Source: Raillietiella orientalis (lineage: Eukaryota). Taken from it: a stretch of 64,000 nucleotides of DNA. Below the pieces are notes generated by a model. It was not told the origin of the DNA and did not search any database. It saw nothing but the letters and a program-made list of their open reading frames with translations. Position numbers and translations under genes: made by a program. The stretch lies in contig JAYWIR010000001.1 in NCBI GenBank assembly GCA_036172245.1, forward strand, positions 6,820,001 to 6,884,000, in the 5' to 3' direction. This document shows, in pieces, positions 1 to 12,150 of this stretch (position 1 is the stretch's first letter; each line of letters begins with the position of its first letter).

Positions 1-815
1 GTGTGTCCCAAAAGTCCTCAGGAAGATTCAGACGCTCCATCCGAAAGAACCCTAAATTTTTTTCCCGAGATCTATGTCCCGGTCTCTGCTCCTGGGAAAA
101 GCCAACTTGGAGGAATGAACTATCTTCCACTCATCCAGAAATGTACGAGGATTCCCGTTACATCGGACTGGATCGGTCCCAGAAGAAACATCACCTGCTC
201 TTCGTGGGCTACGAACCCACCCACGTCTTCAGCTCCTACCCTCCCGCGATGTGACTGGGTAGCAGGTGGTTCATCGATCTTTCCGTTGGCGTCTGATTAA
301 AATGAAGCGATGTTCGTGCATCCTGAATCACTACGTTAGGGCGTCGTTCGCTCTACGCCGGGAGACCCAACGCCTTTATCGACAGCATCTAGGAGGCGCG
401 GAAGAAATGGGAGATGCTGGCCAGCAACCTAAGGACACACAGTGAGGGCGGTCGCCGCTTCATCAAGACCTCATTAAGACCTCATCCTGATACTAAGGAA
501 CTGACACATGCTGCTCTCTGGAAAGCACACCGGCAGAATTCAGGAAGGCACACGAAACATTTGTCGTGTTTTGCAAGTGGGGCGCCAGGGCTCTCTTCAG
601 CCGTCTTCACACAGGAATCATACTCTTTCGCTTTCACTCTCAGAAAATCCAGGAGTTCTCGTTCTCATACAATTGAAATCTTGTGGTGAGCAGCGATGCT
701 CTGCAAGAGCTGGAAAATTCCAAGAACGCAAGCGAACCGGCTCCGCTCACGTATCACCCGGTTGAGTCGGGACATCTATTCAGAGAAAGTGGACAAACCA
801 TCTGAGAACCAAGTT
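1..815 (+). mobile_element. Degenerate hAT (Ac/hobo-type) transposase remnant, N-terminal half
   Basis: Broken-frame motifs in hAT order: BED-finger end 'ELSSTHPEMYED', 'SFALRRET', 'LHTGIIL', 'LVVSSDAL'. Colinear with 55361-56200; 752-800 vs 56118-56166 match 32/49 ungapped, mostly transitions. Confidence 0.5.
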
Positions 816-819
816 TCCA

Positions 820-2665
820 GGCTAAGAAAAAAGTGCAAGACATGCAGGTCGGGCAATCTGGAAATCCAGAGCGGGAAGGAGGGGAGTAACTATAAAAAAA
901 ATAAAAACACGCAGGGTGGGGACAGAGTTTTTGGTATCGGCCGTTCCTTCCTTTCAGGACCGGCGCCGAATGCCGGCGATGTCCTTCCTTACTTCTTTAA
1001 GTTGAGACACCTAGCAGCCGTACTCATGTTGGCAGCTGCGATCCGGATGACCTCCCTCACGACTTGCGTCTCCATCACGTTCGGGCCCATGATGATGGCG
1101 CGGATGCAACAGATCGTTGCGACGACCGCGCCGAGCGAGAGGCAGCAACCGCCGCATCACGTCGACGGCGGTGTCACCCTGGTGCAGGAGCGCTGAAAGC
1201 AGCTTCCTCCATAGTTCTTGGAGTCGAATAGCAGGTGCAGGAGCGATTCCATCGCCCCGCACCTTCTGCAGTTCGGGATGGGGGGCGACTCCTGTGGAAA
1301 CCAGGTGCGCGCACTGAATGCAATGGAAACCCCAATGCAACAACAGCATCACATCCTGCTTCCAACGAAGAAGGAACGCGGAGGTGTTCAAACACGAGGG
1401 AGGGGCACAAGTTCTTCGAGGGGCACACTCAACAGTTTGCTCCACCGAAGGAGTCCGTTCGCCGAGTCAGGAGGAGCGGCGGCGTTTGCCAGCCCGCTCG
1501 TCTTCCAGACGCCCAAGGGTCCGGTTTCTCCAGCAACCGTGCAGGAGCCCTTCCACCCCACTGGTAGGCAACTTGCCCTTAGGGCAGACAGCGCTGCGGC
1601 AAGGGGCGTGGCAGCCGGGCGACTCCACTTGTCCTGGTCCTGAAACACATCTCCCAGTGGACGGCTTAGGTGAAGCTGCAGGCTCCGAAGTTCCGCTGGC
1701 GGCACTTCTTGGTGGCAAATCCGAAGGATGACGCCTCCTGCCATCGCCACGTGTTGAAGTTCTCTGGGCGGCAGGAGATCCACGAATGACATTTCAGGAT
1801 CGAGGACTGCTTCCTCACTGGGCAACCGGATCCTCTCGTGGCTCCGCTCGTCGAGTGGATGGAAGACCAAGCACTCTTAGATCTCCAGCAGCTGCATCTC
1901 CTTTCTTCACGCTTACGAGATGATCATGAGCTTCGCTTCCAGAAATCCTCCATTGGCGCCATCGATGGATCGACGCCAGTTCTCGGGCGTCGATGCTCTG
2001 GACGATTTCTTAATCGGGAGCACGTCCCAGCCTAGGGGCTAGTGGATGCCGAGTGGATTCTGGAGACAGATACGAGGTGCCTCGATGCGAGAAATCATCC
2101 AGACGCACGTACGCAGACATTCCGTGGAGGTGCAGCCGCAACCTCTTCGCGCCACCCCTTCTTTTCGGAATCCCGAGACCCCAGGCAGCCCATCGAGACT
2201 CAGCCAATCACTTGGACATCCTTTGGACAAAGGAAGACGAAAAGGTCTTTGTACGCGGTTCACTTCCTTCTTTCGAGCACTTCTGGAAGCTGGTGGACGC
2301 CTCCATCCCACGTTATCGGGCGAAGAGACCACTCCGATGTCCCTCCGAGAAACCTGTGGCTCTTCCCCGCGTCCGGACGCTAGAGCAAATCTTCCAAGGA
2401 ACGGAGCGTGGCTGAGCCACAGATCCCGATCGACGTGGGTTCTCCTTCTGAAACAATCGAAATGCGATGAAGACGTCTGTCGATCTAGGGCGAGTGCACC
2501 TCCACAGGTTGGCGTGCTTCCCAAAGGGAGCTGGAAACGTCCAGCTCCCTTTGGGAAGCGAAAAATCAGAGTGGTGGTCAGGCAGCGTTCGAATGTCTCC
2601 TCGAGTGAGGTTCCATACCAATGTTTATAAGGGAAGCGTACCAAAAGATGCTCAGCACTAGGCAA
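820..2665 (-). mobile_element. Tx1/L1-clade non-LTR retrotransposon, decayed ORF2 C-half plus 3' UTR
   Basis: Minus strand gives RT-like 'GGALALDRQ...FD', 'LPLSKGCP', 'AYVRLDD' and zf-RVT 'PNCRRCGAMESLLHLLFD'; many stops and frameshifts; T-rich 3' UTR at ~890-910. Confidence 0.75.
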
Positions 2666-2677
2666 GCTGCCCTCTCT

Positions 2678-3150
2678 AGGGACCGCGTGGCACCTCCAGG
2701 CGTCGCCGGTTCGAATCCCGCCGGGAGAAAGAATCCACGCCGGAGAAACGGGTGCGTCGCGAGTTTGATTTCCTCCCGCAAGATGACGCTAGTTGCCCCA
2801 CAATCGGATGCGGCAGCACTCGTAGATGCCCCTAAAAACCAGATGCTCCCCATGGGTGGTCGAGATCAGGAGTAGACCCTCCGGGGTCCTTCCAAAAAAC
2901 TGCTCAAATTGAACTCCCTTTGGGGTTCCCCTCCGGGTGTGCGAAAAGGGACGTCCATCTCGTACTTTGTGGAGCTGGTGGATTGCCTCTCGAGGGTGCA
3001 AGAGTGCTGCTCCCTTCGAGCAGCACCCTTCAGGGAAAAACTCGGTAGCGTCTCCTCGGGATTGTCTTCGGTGGAGTGGACAGAGAGCGGCTCCTTTGCG
3101 AGTTCCCTTCGTTGAAGGAGTGAGAGGGACGGACCCCAGTTGAGGGTGCC
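2678..3150 (+). mobile_element. tRNA-headed SINE-like repeat, 3'-truncated copy
   Basis: GTGGCACC...GCCGGTTCGAATCCCGC (B box / T-arm) followed by the family body motif GACCCTCCGGGGTCCTTCC also present at ~61452 and, inverted, ~4975-4995. Right end approximate. Confidence 0.7.
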
Positions 3151-3209
3151 TTTCTCTGCCGCCCGCACCCACTGTATCCCGCCCCCACCGACAGGGACGC
3201 TGCCATCTT

Positions 3210-4690
3210 GTAATCCGACTCGGTTTTTACCCTGTAACGCAGGAACGTTTGTGTACATTGGAAAGGAAGAGGGGAAGAAGAGTCCCCCTCGAAAACGAGA
3301 AATGCCTAAAAAGAAAAAAAGTTCATCCGGTTTAACCATTGGCAGGCCGACTTCCAGAAAGTGGGGAACGGAGGGAGGAGACAGTAAATAAATAAAAAAA
3401 GACAGGAAGGCGGGGACAGGGGTCTTTGGTTGAAGACGTACTTTTCCTTCCAGAAGCGGCTTGGATGGTGGCGATCTCCCTGGCAACTTCTTCTGGCAGA
3501 TGAGGCCACCTTGTTTCTGTTCTCATGAGAGCTGCTGCCATGCTGGCGACCTCTCTTCTCCGCAAACCTGACTTCAACACATTGGCGGGCTATCACTATG
3601 GCGCGGATGCAACAAACTGTTGCCATCACAGCACCTTTCTTCAGCCCGTTTCCGGTGCAGAAGCGCCGAAGCGAGTCTCTGCCACTAGTCTTCCAGGGCA
3701 TTGCAGTTCAACAAAAGGTCCTCCGCACCTTGAACAGTCCGGGTGGCAACTCCCCCCGGAAACCAAGTCTCTGCGCTAATCCGGACTCGGAATGGATAGG
3801 GGATGAAATCCCCACCATCGCTTTTCGGAAATCGGCTCCCGAGTCGTCAGCGAACTCGGGAAAAAAAATTGGAAGCCAAAGAAGGGAGGCGAAGGTCCGG
3901 ATAATTCTTCTTCCACTGCTTTGCTCACAAGAACTGACCTCATGCTGTCGGCGCTCGAGTCTCTCTGTGAGTGCACAGAGACTACAGATGGCATTTCTGT
4001 CCCGAAAGCCTCCCCATCTTTCGAGCTGCACGTTGACTGCCGGCCACTCTCAGAGGGAACATTCATTTTAAGGTTCGCCTTGACCTCCAGGAAGTTCCTT
4101 CACGAGCTGACTCTCAGCCCTCGCCTATTCCGGCGGCAAGCTCCGTTTCCCTTTGTTGCCAGGCAGTGCGACCAGAGCACTGAGGACCACTGGCTGATTC
4201 CACTCTCAGCAAGTTGTCTGCATCCTCCTGTCTAACGGATCAAATGGTTTCCTGACCTAGATTTCTGGATCGAAAGAAGACAGGAGGCGTTTCCGCACCA
4301 CCATCCTGGTGGCCGTGGGCACCTACGGGTCATCGCAAGAATTGGAATTGGACTGCGCGTTGTTCCCGACCCCAAGTTTGATGCTTCGTGAAGCTGGCAG
4401 CCCTCTGAGACTTCAGATGGACACTCCCGGGGCAACTGCGAGGCCCTCGATCCGTTCTTCTTCAGTCAGGGCGAGCTGTGAAACTTGCACAAGAGATGGT
4501 GAGAAATTCGCGCTGCTGCATCTGAATTCAGGGCGCATCCAAAGCTTGAAGTCAGAGATGGATACCTCGGAGATCCAAGCGACCATCACAGATGGCGGTG
4601 GCCGCTTCGTTGTCGCCGCCGTCGTCTGGAGCAGTAGTATCGCTTCTTCGCACTTCGGCTCACTCGCCGCCTTTTCGCGGGCGGACCGTT
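3210..4690 (-). mobile_element. Second Tx1/L1-type LINE remnant (diverged, internally deleted)
   Basis: Shares the ORF2 C-terminal block 'GAVMATVCCIRAI' and 3' UTR layout with the 820-2665 copy; 'SGRRIIRTFASLLW' resembles the post-RT GRxxLxK...SxLWY motif. Confidence 0.65.
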
Positions 4691-4699
4691 CGTCTTCCT

Positions 4700-5203
4700 T
4701 TCTTCAAGTTAGAAAGTACGCCGGGGGAGGATCACTCTATGATCCCAGGAGGGCTCCGAAGGAAGAAGTCCGCTCCTCGTACGCTTAAGAGGAAATCCCC
4801 TAATGGACGCTTCCAAACCTGTCTGAAGGGTGCTCCACGAAGGAAGCAGCACGTCCTCTGACACTCTGGAGAGACGATTCTCCGAGGGGGGCATCAACCG
4901 TCTCCATGGTACGTGATGGTACGGCTCCATTTTTACAACCGGGAACCCCGCAGGGAACTGGCTGCTTGATTCCTGGAAGGACCCTGGAGGGTCAGCTTGC
5001 AATCCCAACCAGTCGACGGGGGGCGCCCGACTTTTATCGTGCCTCACTCGAAGCCTACAGGACAGCAATTCTCATCTTGCGGGAGGTAGGAGACTCGAAA
5101 CCCACTTCGCGCTCCCCATTTCTCGATATCGACCCTTCTTAGGGCGGGATTCGAACCCACAACGCTTGGTGCCAAGCGCGAAGACCGCAGCCATACGGTC
5201 CCC
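4700..5203 (-). mobile_element. tRNA-headed SINE-like repeat copy
   Basis: Reverse strand reads GGGGACCGTATGGCTGCGG...TGGCACCAAGCGTTGTGGGTTCGAATCCCGCC then a body alignable to 54245-55090. Confidence 0.7.
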
Positions 5204-5204
5204 A

Positions 5205-5760
5205 GCGCAGACCTCCAGCAATGACACGGACCATCGGCGGTTCTTTCGCAAGAGGTGGAGCCACGACAGGTGCCGTATTGGGGATGACCTGTTGCATCCG
5301 TGCCATCTTTACGGCTCGCCACTTGCTGGAGTCTTGGGCGCAGCGAATGGAGGCCGCCAGCAACATCACAGTTGTGTCCACATGAGGACGGCTGCCAGGC
5401 GGCCTTCCCTAGACGTGGAAATCAAGGAGGTCGCCGATACCCTGCGCCGCTTCTGACAGGAAGGAACGGACATTGCCAGGGACCCTTGGACCACCTTCCT
5501 TTTTCATATTATCGTTTACTGCCCACTCCCGCCCGTTCCGGACTTTTCCCGGTTTGTTTCATGAAGGAACGTGGAAAGCCAAAGACCCTACCCCTACCCT
5601 CCAGTTTATTTTTTCTTTTGCCCTCATCCCCCCGCTTCGGACGTTCAGGAAACCGATTGGAAATGTCGGTGAACCATTCCCTTGAACTTCCCCTGGACAT
5701 TATTTTACAGGGAAATCGCCGTCTCCACGGGTGCTCCTCCCCATCTTGTGGGTTCATCTT
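5205..5760 (+). mobile_element. Third Tx1/L1-type LINE 3' end
   Basis: Same C-terminal block (GAVLGMTCCIRAI) on + strand; 3' UTR at 5580-5700 resembles the reverse complement of 56210-56330. Confidence 0.6.
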
Positions 5761-7575
5761 CGCTTTGTAGAAGGGACGTCCCGGCGTCACCGGCTGCAAA
5801 TCTTGAGAGGGCCGTCGCAGCGGAGAAGCGCTGCTTCCTCGCCTTTAGTCTCGCCTCTGCGGGGACCGTTTGGCCTCCTTCCCTCTTGCGGCCACAGTCG
5901 AAGACGAAGAGGGAGACAAGCGTCCCCCTTCTTCTTGCCTGTCAACCGGGGTGAAAGGGGGAATCCTCATTTCCGGAGCTTCTCTTTTAGGGGAACTGGA
6001 GACAGGGCATTGGAAGAGCTGCGCCTTGACGAAAGCGTGAGAAAGGTTACGGCTTTCGATCCAGCGACCAGAAGCAGCGCACGAAGGCGAAGCTGGGTAC
6101 AAAGATGAGGAGGAGGAGGATGTTGCCAAGGGGCATCGCTGCATATATGTCTTCCTCTCTCTGAAGAAAAAAAAAAAATGCAGCTGTTGCTTTCTTGGCA
6201 TCTCATCATCTTGCAGCGACACACAGGCAGGCAGGCATCCATCGATGACTTCAGTTTGTCCGCAGGTCATCTCGGCTGTCGCGGCCTTCCTCCTGGAGCG
6301 TTAGGAATTCTCCCACCGAGAAATCCCTTCAGGAACTCTTTGGCTGTTTTTACCTTCCGAGATCAAAAGTCCCAACTCCTTTTATTATTAGAAGTCCTCT
6401 AGGTTTGAGCGGTTGCTGCATGCTTTACATTCTCCAGGCATTTGAGGCAACCTTGAGGACTATCAATGGGCTCACGCGTGCATGCCATTTCGCGCTCAGA
6501 TGCTCCCGTGTGCACCCCCACGTCTTATCCACTCGCCAGCTTGAGTCTGCCCCCATGTGCAAGAGGATGATATCTGCGTGGTTCGGCGACCCCCGTCGAG
6601 TGGCGCGCAGCAACTGGGCGGGCAAACACTGAAAGTCCCTGCTCGAATTTTCCGTTGCCATCGGGAAAATCGGCTGCAGCCGTAGTTTTCCCCATCAGCG
6701 AGAGAAGGGAGACGTGAAAGGCTTCTTGTCTTCCCCTTCCCCCTCGGGTTTTCTTGGAGCACTTCCGTTTCTTCGGCGGCTCGGATCCACTTGAATGCAA
6801 TCCATCAGAGAATCAGCTTTCAGCCCGATGAGGAATTCGGCGTCGGTTCCTGTCTCCGAGAGCGAGCAAAGAGTGCTCGTTTCTTCGCCGTCGCTCCTCC
6901 GTAACGCGGTTTCAGGGCTACCAGATCCCCCACGTGTCTCGCAGTCGTGAATCGATAAGGGAGTTCATTCAGATCCTGAAAGATCCTGGATGCCTTCTGG
7001 TGACAGATGGGTAGCCATTTCACGAGCCCATCTTCGAAGCTGCTTCCCGACGCTGCAGAGGATTTCTCAGCCGGATAAACGTGGAATTTGTCCTTGAAAA
7101 GTGCACCTTGAGGTCCGTTTGCATGCACTTTTGAACCACGCGTAAAGTTTATTGAGCTCATTGGACAAACCTCCCACGCACATTACCACTTGACATCGTG
7201 TTGCTGATACTGTTGGCCTGTAAGAGCTAAGAAATGTTCCGCCTCTTGCTATGCGTATTGCAGTTATTACTGCTCTTGCTATTGCTATTCTTAGCAAAGA
7301 AAGACGTGGGCAGTAACCAAAGGCAAGAAGAGAAAAATGTGGATGCTCGGACAAATCAGAGTATTACAAAATCAGCACGTGCACTTGCGTCAAGTGCGAG
7401 GAGACACATCCAGCGTACTGAAGAGTTTCCTTCCTGCCGTTGAGTTACTGCGCGAAGGCTCTTTCCACTTGCAAGCGTCGCCGTCGTTTGTAACGCGCGG
7501 CGTTTCTATGCCAACCGGACTTTGAAAAAGTTCTGCGACGATAAGAATTCGCATGAATTTGTTTTGGCCTTGCGA

Positions 7576-9044
7576 ATGCCACAGGGAGAGCCTGTTCTGG
7601 ATTTCGTTGCCACTTTGCCGGAGGAAGTGGTCCAGAAAATATTCAGCTATCTGAGCAGAGCGGATTTGTGCAACATGGGCTGCGTCAGCGTCGCCTGGAG
7701 GACGGCAACCAACAGTAACGCGATCTGGAAAGCCTTGTGCCAGAGGGAACTCCTGGTGAAAGACGATTATGTCTTGCACGATCTTTGTGCTGAGGCTCTC
7801 AAACACTCTGAGAATCCCAGGCGGTCCTCAAATGCAGAGTGCTTCTGGAAGAGATTCGTCCGGGAGCATTCGCTCTCGGGGCGCTGCTGGAAACTGGGAA
7901 CGTTTTCTTCGTACTCTATGGAATTCGCGGATCCTTTGACGAGCATCGATGTTTGCGGGGACGTCCTGCTCACCGGTAGGCCAAACCCTCTGCTCCTCCT
8001 CCTCCACCACCACCATCAACCCTTCCTCCCTCCCACTTCCCTTCCTCCCTTCCCATCTCAGTAGAGAACCTACACCGGCTGAGCCTCTGGGACATCAGCA
8101 CTTCACGAGAGCTCTTCCTCTCGCACAGATTCGAGGAAGCGCGCTCGCACGTGAAATTCATCAGCGGCAGGCAGATTCTTGCCCTGGGCAGCGGAGGCTG
8201 GGAGATCTACGAGTTCGGCGCCGAGGGCATCGGTCTGAAATCGAGCGTGCTCTTTGCCGAAGCGGAGCCTGCCCCTTGCGGCCACGGGGCAGGAGCGTGC
8301 GGAAGGAGCAGCGATGGGGAAAAGCTCGTGGCCGTCACCCCAGAATGGCTTGCGGTGTTGGCGTGCGGATCTTCGGCCGTCGACTGCTGGAACTTAGCGA
8401 ACAGTGAGCACTGCAGCCTGACCTCACCCTCGTCGGAAGCAGAGCTGCTCAATCACCTCAGAATACAAGACCATCTGCTGTTTGCCGAGCAGAGGGATTT
8501 GGGGAGGAGCTGCCTGTGCGTTTGGAGGTTGGATTCCCGAGAGTTTGTGGGAGCGACTCCGTGGCACGACGCCCACATAATCGGGCTCTTTAAGACGCAC
8601 GGCTCGTTCTTGGTGGCCTGGAAGGAAGGCCACATAAAGATCTTCAACAGAATCACACTGGCGACGATGTACGAAATTTTCGTGAGTTCTGCCATTTCGA
8701 AAATGGACTGTAACCACGGTTTCCTGGCCATCCTTCCGGAAGATCGACAAGTGCACATGTATGACTGCAAAGCCTTGTGCCTCGGCGTTTTGGAGAGCTC
8801 AGTGAAAGAAGAAGTGGTGGACGTCAAAGTGGGATTTTCCAAAGTCATCGTCTTTCAGTTACCGAACCTTCTATATGTTTGGAAGATCGATAATCTCTCC
8901 CTCATGCACGTAATCGACGATTTCCATTTCTCGCCCAAGAGTTGGATTTGGATTAACCACATAAAGTTGATCTTTCAGCCTCTAGCTAAATGTTGTGTGA
9001 TTATCCAATATTTGCCCTCTAAAGCTGGGATCAAAAGGCAATAA
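7576..9044 (+). CDS. F-box protein with divergent WD40-like beta-propeller, 2 exons (7576-7975, 8062-9044), 460 aa
   Basis: F-box 'LPEEVVQKIFSYLSRADLCNMGCVSVAWR'; an 86-nt GT-AG intron (7976-8061) joins the two ORFs in frame; WD-like strand ends (LSLWD, VDCWN, CVWR, LYVWK). Upstream exons cannot be excluded. Confidence 0.85.
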
Positions 9045-11751
9045 AACGCATTTATCGGGCAACGGGGTCAACTTTGTTTGCCGACGCCGGCATCTCTCTT
9101 ATCTTAAGATTGAATTTCCAGCACCTCGGGATTACGAAGTTATCTCGAAAGTTTCTGTTGAAAACTGGTAGAAGAAAAAAAAAAAAGATTGAAATTTTCC
9201 GAAAGAAAGTTTGGATTCTTCACAGCCTTCTTCTAAGGCAAAAGAGAAAATTTCGGAAGTGGAAAGGTGTCCTCATTTAGATTTTTCTTCAGCTTTTGCA
9301 CGAATCAGTCATCTTCGTGGGCTACCTTAACCTAAGGATGAACAGATTTCAGAGCACAGTACAATGGTATCGATTGCTTTTGGAATATGCAGTTCATCTT
9401 ATCGACTTGGAAAAGCCTTCCTGAGCTCGAAGTCAGTTCTCAGAGCACTCATGGTCACAAAGAACATATCTAACATCAGAAAGTACCTTCAAGCATTACG
9501 AGTGGGAGGCCACTTCATTAGCGAAACATCTCTGATAGGATACTCTAGACGAGATCGATGCACCAGGCCAGGAGAAAGAAGAAACACTGAGACGCTGCAG
9601 ATTGCCAAATAGCACGTTACGCACGTAATCTGCCTAACCTGCAGGTCTCTAGCTCACGTGACTCCAGATGATGGAATGGGGTGGACTTGCAGCTGTCTCT
9701 CCTAATGCAATCCTCTCGACTCGCGTTAGCGCATTCGAAATACCAGCCATTAATCCCGAGCACGGGTCATCAGCGTCCATTCTCGACCGAAAGCACAAGC
9801 AGTTTGTTCCCCGATCTCTTTCGGATTTGCTCGCCTTCACGAACTGATTCTCCCCCTCTTCATTTCTTTTCGGAAATTCCCGGAGAAAAAAGGCAGGCAA
9901 GTCGGTGAGGTTGGCGAGCTCTGCCAGCAAGCGCGAATTCCATTTGCTTCCGGATTAAGGCTTGCTGATTGCTGAGTAACGCGACTTACTTGGGATTGCA
10001 GCTTGCGAATCCAGCGTCCCTCCAACGCGTGCATAATTGAAAAATTTGAAGTGGGACGTGCATTTTCATTTCATTTTGCTGTACCTGGAAACTCTCAGAG
10101 ATTCCATCGAAGCGGAACGTATGCAAAACTTCGAGATGCCCTGCATCCTTCGGAAGCAAGCATTTCGGTCGGTCACGCACGCTGCCGGCAACGCTCCGTA
10201 ACGAGCCTTCCGATGGGGCTAGGGCCGTACCTAGAAAGTCTCTCACCACTTCCAGGCGCGGCACACACGCGTCTGGAAATCCTTCTTTGAGCGGCCACCA
10301 GGGAGTTCATTGCGCTCCACAGCTGAGCACCCCCCCCCCCCCCCCCCCAAAAAAAAGGAAAGCGCTCTGGAAGGGATGAAGGGTGCATGCGGAGCAAAGA
10401 AGATTTGCTCCATTGTACGAGAACAGGGGGAATCATTTCTTGCGGTGGAATCCATTTGCCTGTTCACATCGGCTTGCGTCAGCAGCCTCTACTGGGCGTG
10501 GCGCAACTTGCCGTTTGCTGCACACCTGAGAATCTTCAAGTTGAGGCAGTTGGTGGGAAGCGGAAAGATCTCTTCGTGAGCATGCACGGCAGGAGGCATC
10601 AGAATCTTGTGGGTTTCATGACCTTCAACATGCGTTCAGCACGGAGATTAAAAAAAAAAAAAAAAATTCAGGAAATTCGGGAAGATATGAAAAGAAAACA
10701 AAGTGTGAAGGTCAGGAGTCATAGCAAAAAAGTCTTTTCGCTACGATCTCCTGGAGGCACGTGGATGATCGAATCAAGGAAAACGCCAGTTAAAAAAAAA
10801 AAAAATCGAGAAACAGATTCCCGTGTACCGAGAAAAGTTTGCAAATTCACGAGAAACCTATCAAAGAAGGTGTCTACTCAAACGTGGCAACCCCCAGAAA
10901 TTTCCTTGCCCCCGCTTCCAGACGGAGAGTACGTTCCTTCAAACGAAGGAAAGAATGGGGGATTCACGGAGGAGTTTCCGGAAATTCTGTTAGGTTAATG
11001 TTCTTCTCTAAGGACATTGAACTTGATAGTGCTGCCTACCGGTGGAGGATAGAGCATACTTCTCGCCTAGCATTTTTGAAAATTTTAGGACGCTTGCGTC
11101 GTTGGTGCATCCAAGGGAGTTGTAAAGATGAGACGCTTAATTCGATCAGCTGTTCCATTAGATCCATGTCTCATCCGTAACACCGTGCTCACCCTGAAAC
11201 CTGCGTAAGTATCCAACTACCTGGGATGCAACAGGCATCGAAAGAGTTCATCTTGCTCTCTTCCGATGCACTGGAATCTCTGCTCCTCAACTCCAGATAT
11301 TCGAACAGCTGCGATGCTCCTCTTTTTCGATGTGAACTTCGCGCCATGCAAAAACCAGTGATGAAACCAAAAACCACCTTCTACTAGATGTGAGCAACCT
11401 GGAATTCGTTCCTCTTGTATCCGGAGTACTCGGAAGACTCATTCCTCTTCTTATAGACCCAGGCGTGGAAAGGAAATCTGGATGGCGCCATTCAATCGAT
11501 CACGGACTCCGCAGAATCTGAGTAATGCCTCAAGCAAGCCTCTTTCGGAGAGGAATGAGGCGATGAATCATCTCTGAACTGTTTCTTATGAGACTTGCAG
11601 TCTATTCGAAACTCTTGGCAGCTCCCTCGTCTTCAGGATGTTTCTTTAGGTAACAGTTTTAGCAACACAACTTTACCGATACCCTTCCGCTATCGTGCAT
11701 GCGTAAGTCGTTGGGCATCACATTCCCGGCATCACCCAAGGATTTCCATCC

Positions 11752-12150
11752 GGACGATGGAAATCCTTGGGTTCTTCTTTTTCTTCTGTCTTCGCTGTTT
11801 GCCTTCCAGCCTTTTTTTTTTAAGAGTTTTCTTTTTTTTGGTTCGCTAAGTACCTCAGAACCGGTCGCATGCCTCGCGGTGCACGTGACTCTTTAAACAC
11901 ACTGTTTTGTTTCCACACCTCTCCCCTGCGTACAACCCTGCAGGGGGCATGCAATTCTTCAGGATAGAGGGCATCCCGGGATGGGGATCCGCTCTATGAA
12001 TCCAGGAAGGGCTCGGAGTCCGTTCCTCCCACGCTTGGGGAGGGATCCCCCTGGATGGGAGGGATCGCACCTCCCAACCCGGTTGTCTCCGAAAAGGAAC
12101 CCCAGAGGGAATCTCCTTCCTCATTCTCTCCGGAGGGACACTCCCCCCTC
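11752..12150 (-). repeat. 3' part of the SINE-like family
   Basis: Reverse complement closely matches ~54900-55291 (e.g. GGTTCGCTAAGTACCTCAGA, TATGAATCCAGGAAGGGCTCGGAGTCCGTTCCTC). Confidence 0.9.

Noticed and set aside
2700..5200. GGTTCGAATCCC motifs as tRNA genes
   Set aside because: No acceptor stem or full cloverleaf; each is followed by the same repeat body, so they are SINE heads.
696..6270. Many overlapping 60-200 aa ORFs here and at 53.7-64 kb
   Set aside because: By-product of GC-rich decayed TE sequence; mostly antisense or off-frame to the recognisable TE motifs.
6425..7525. 'DIILLHMGA' (SGNH-like) and 'KKRKMWM' (Harbinger-like) snippets
   Set aside because: Single short motifs without supporting neighbours.
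9364..9450. 'VSIAFGICSSSYRLGKAF' resembling a Harbinger transposase C-terminus
   Set aside because: One motif only; no catalytic region or TIRs found.
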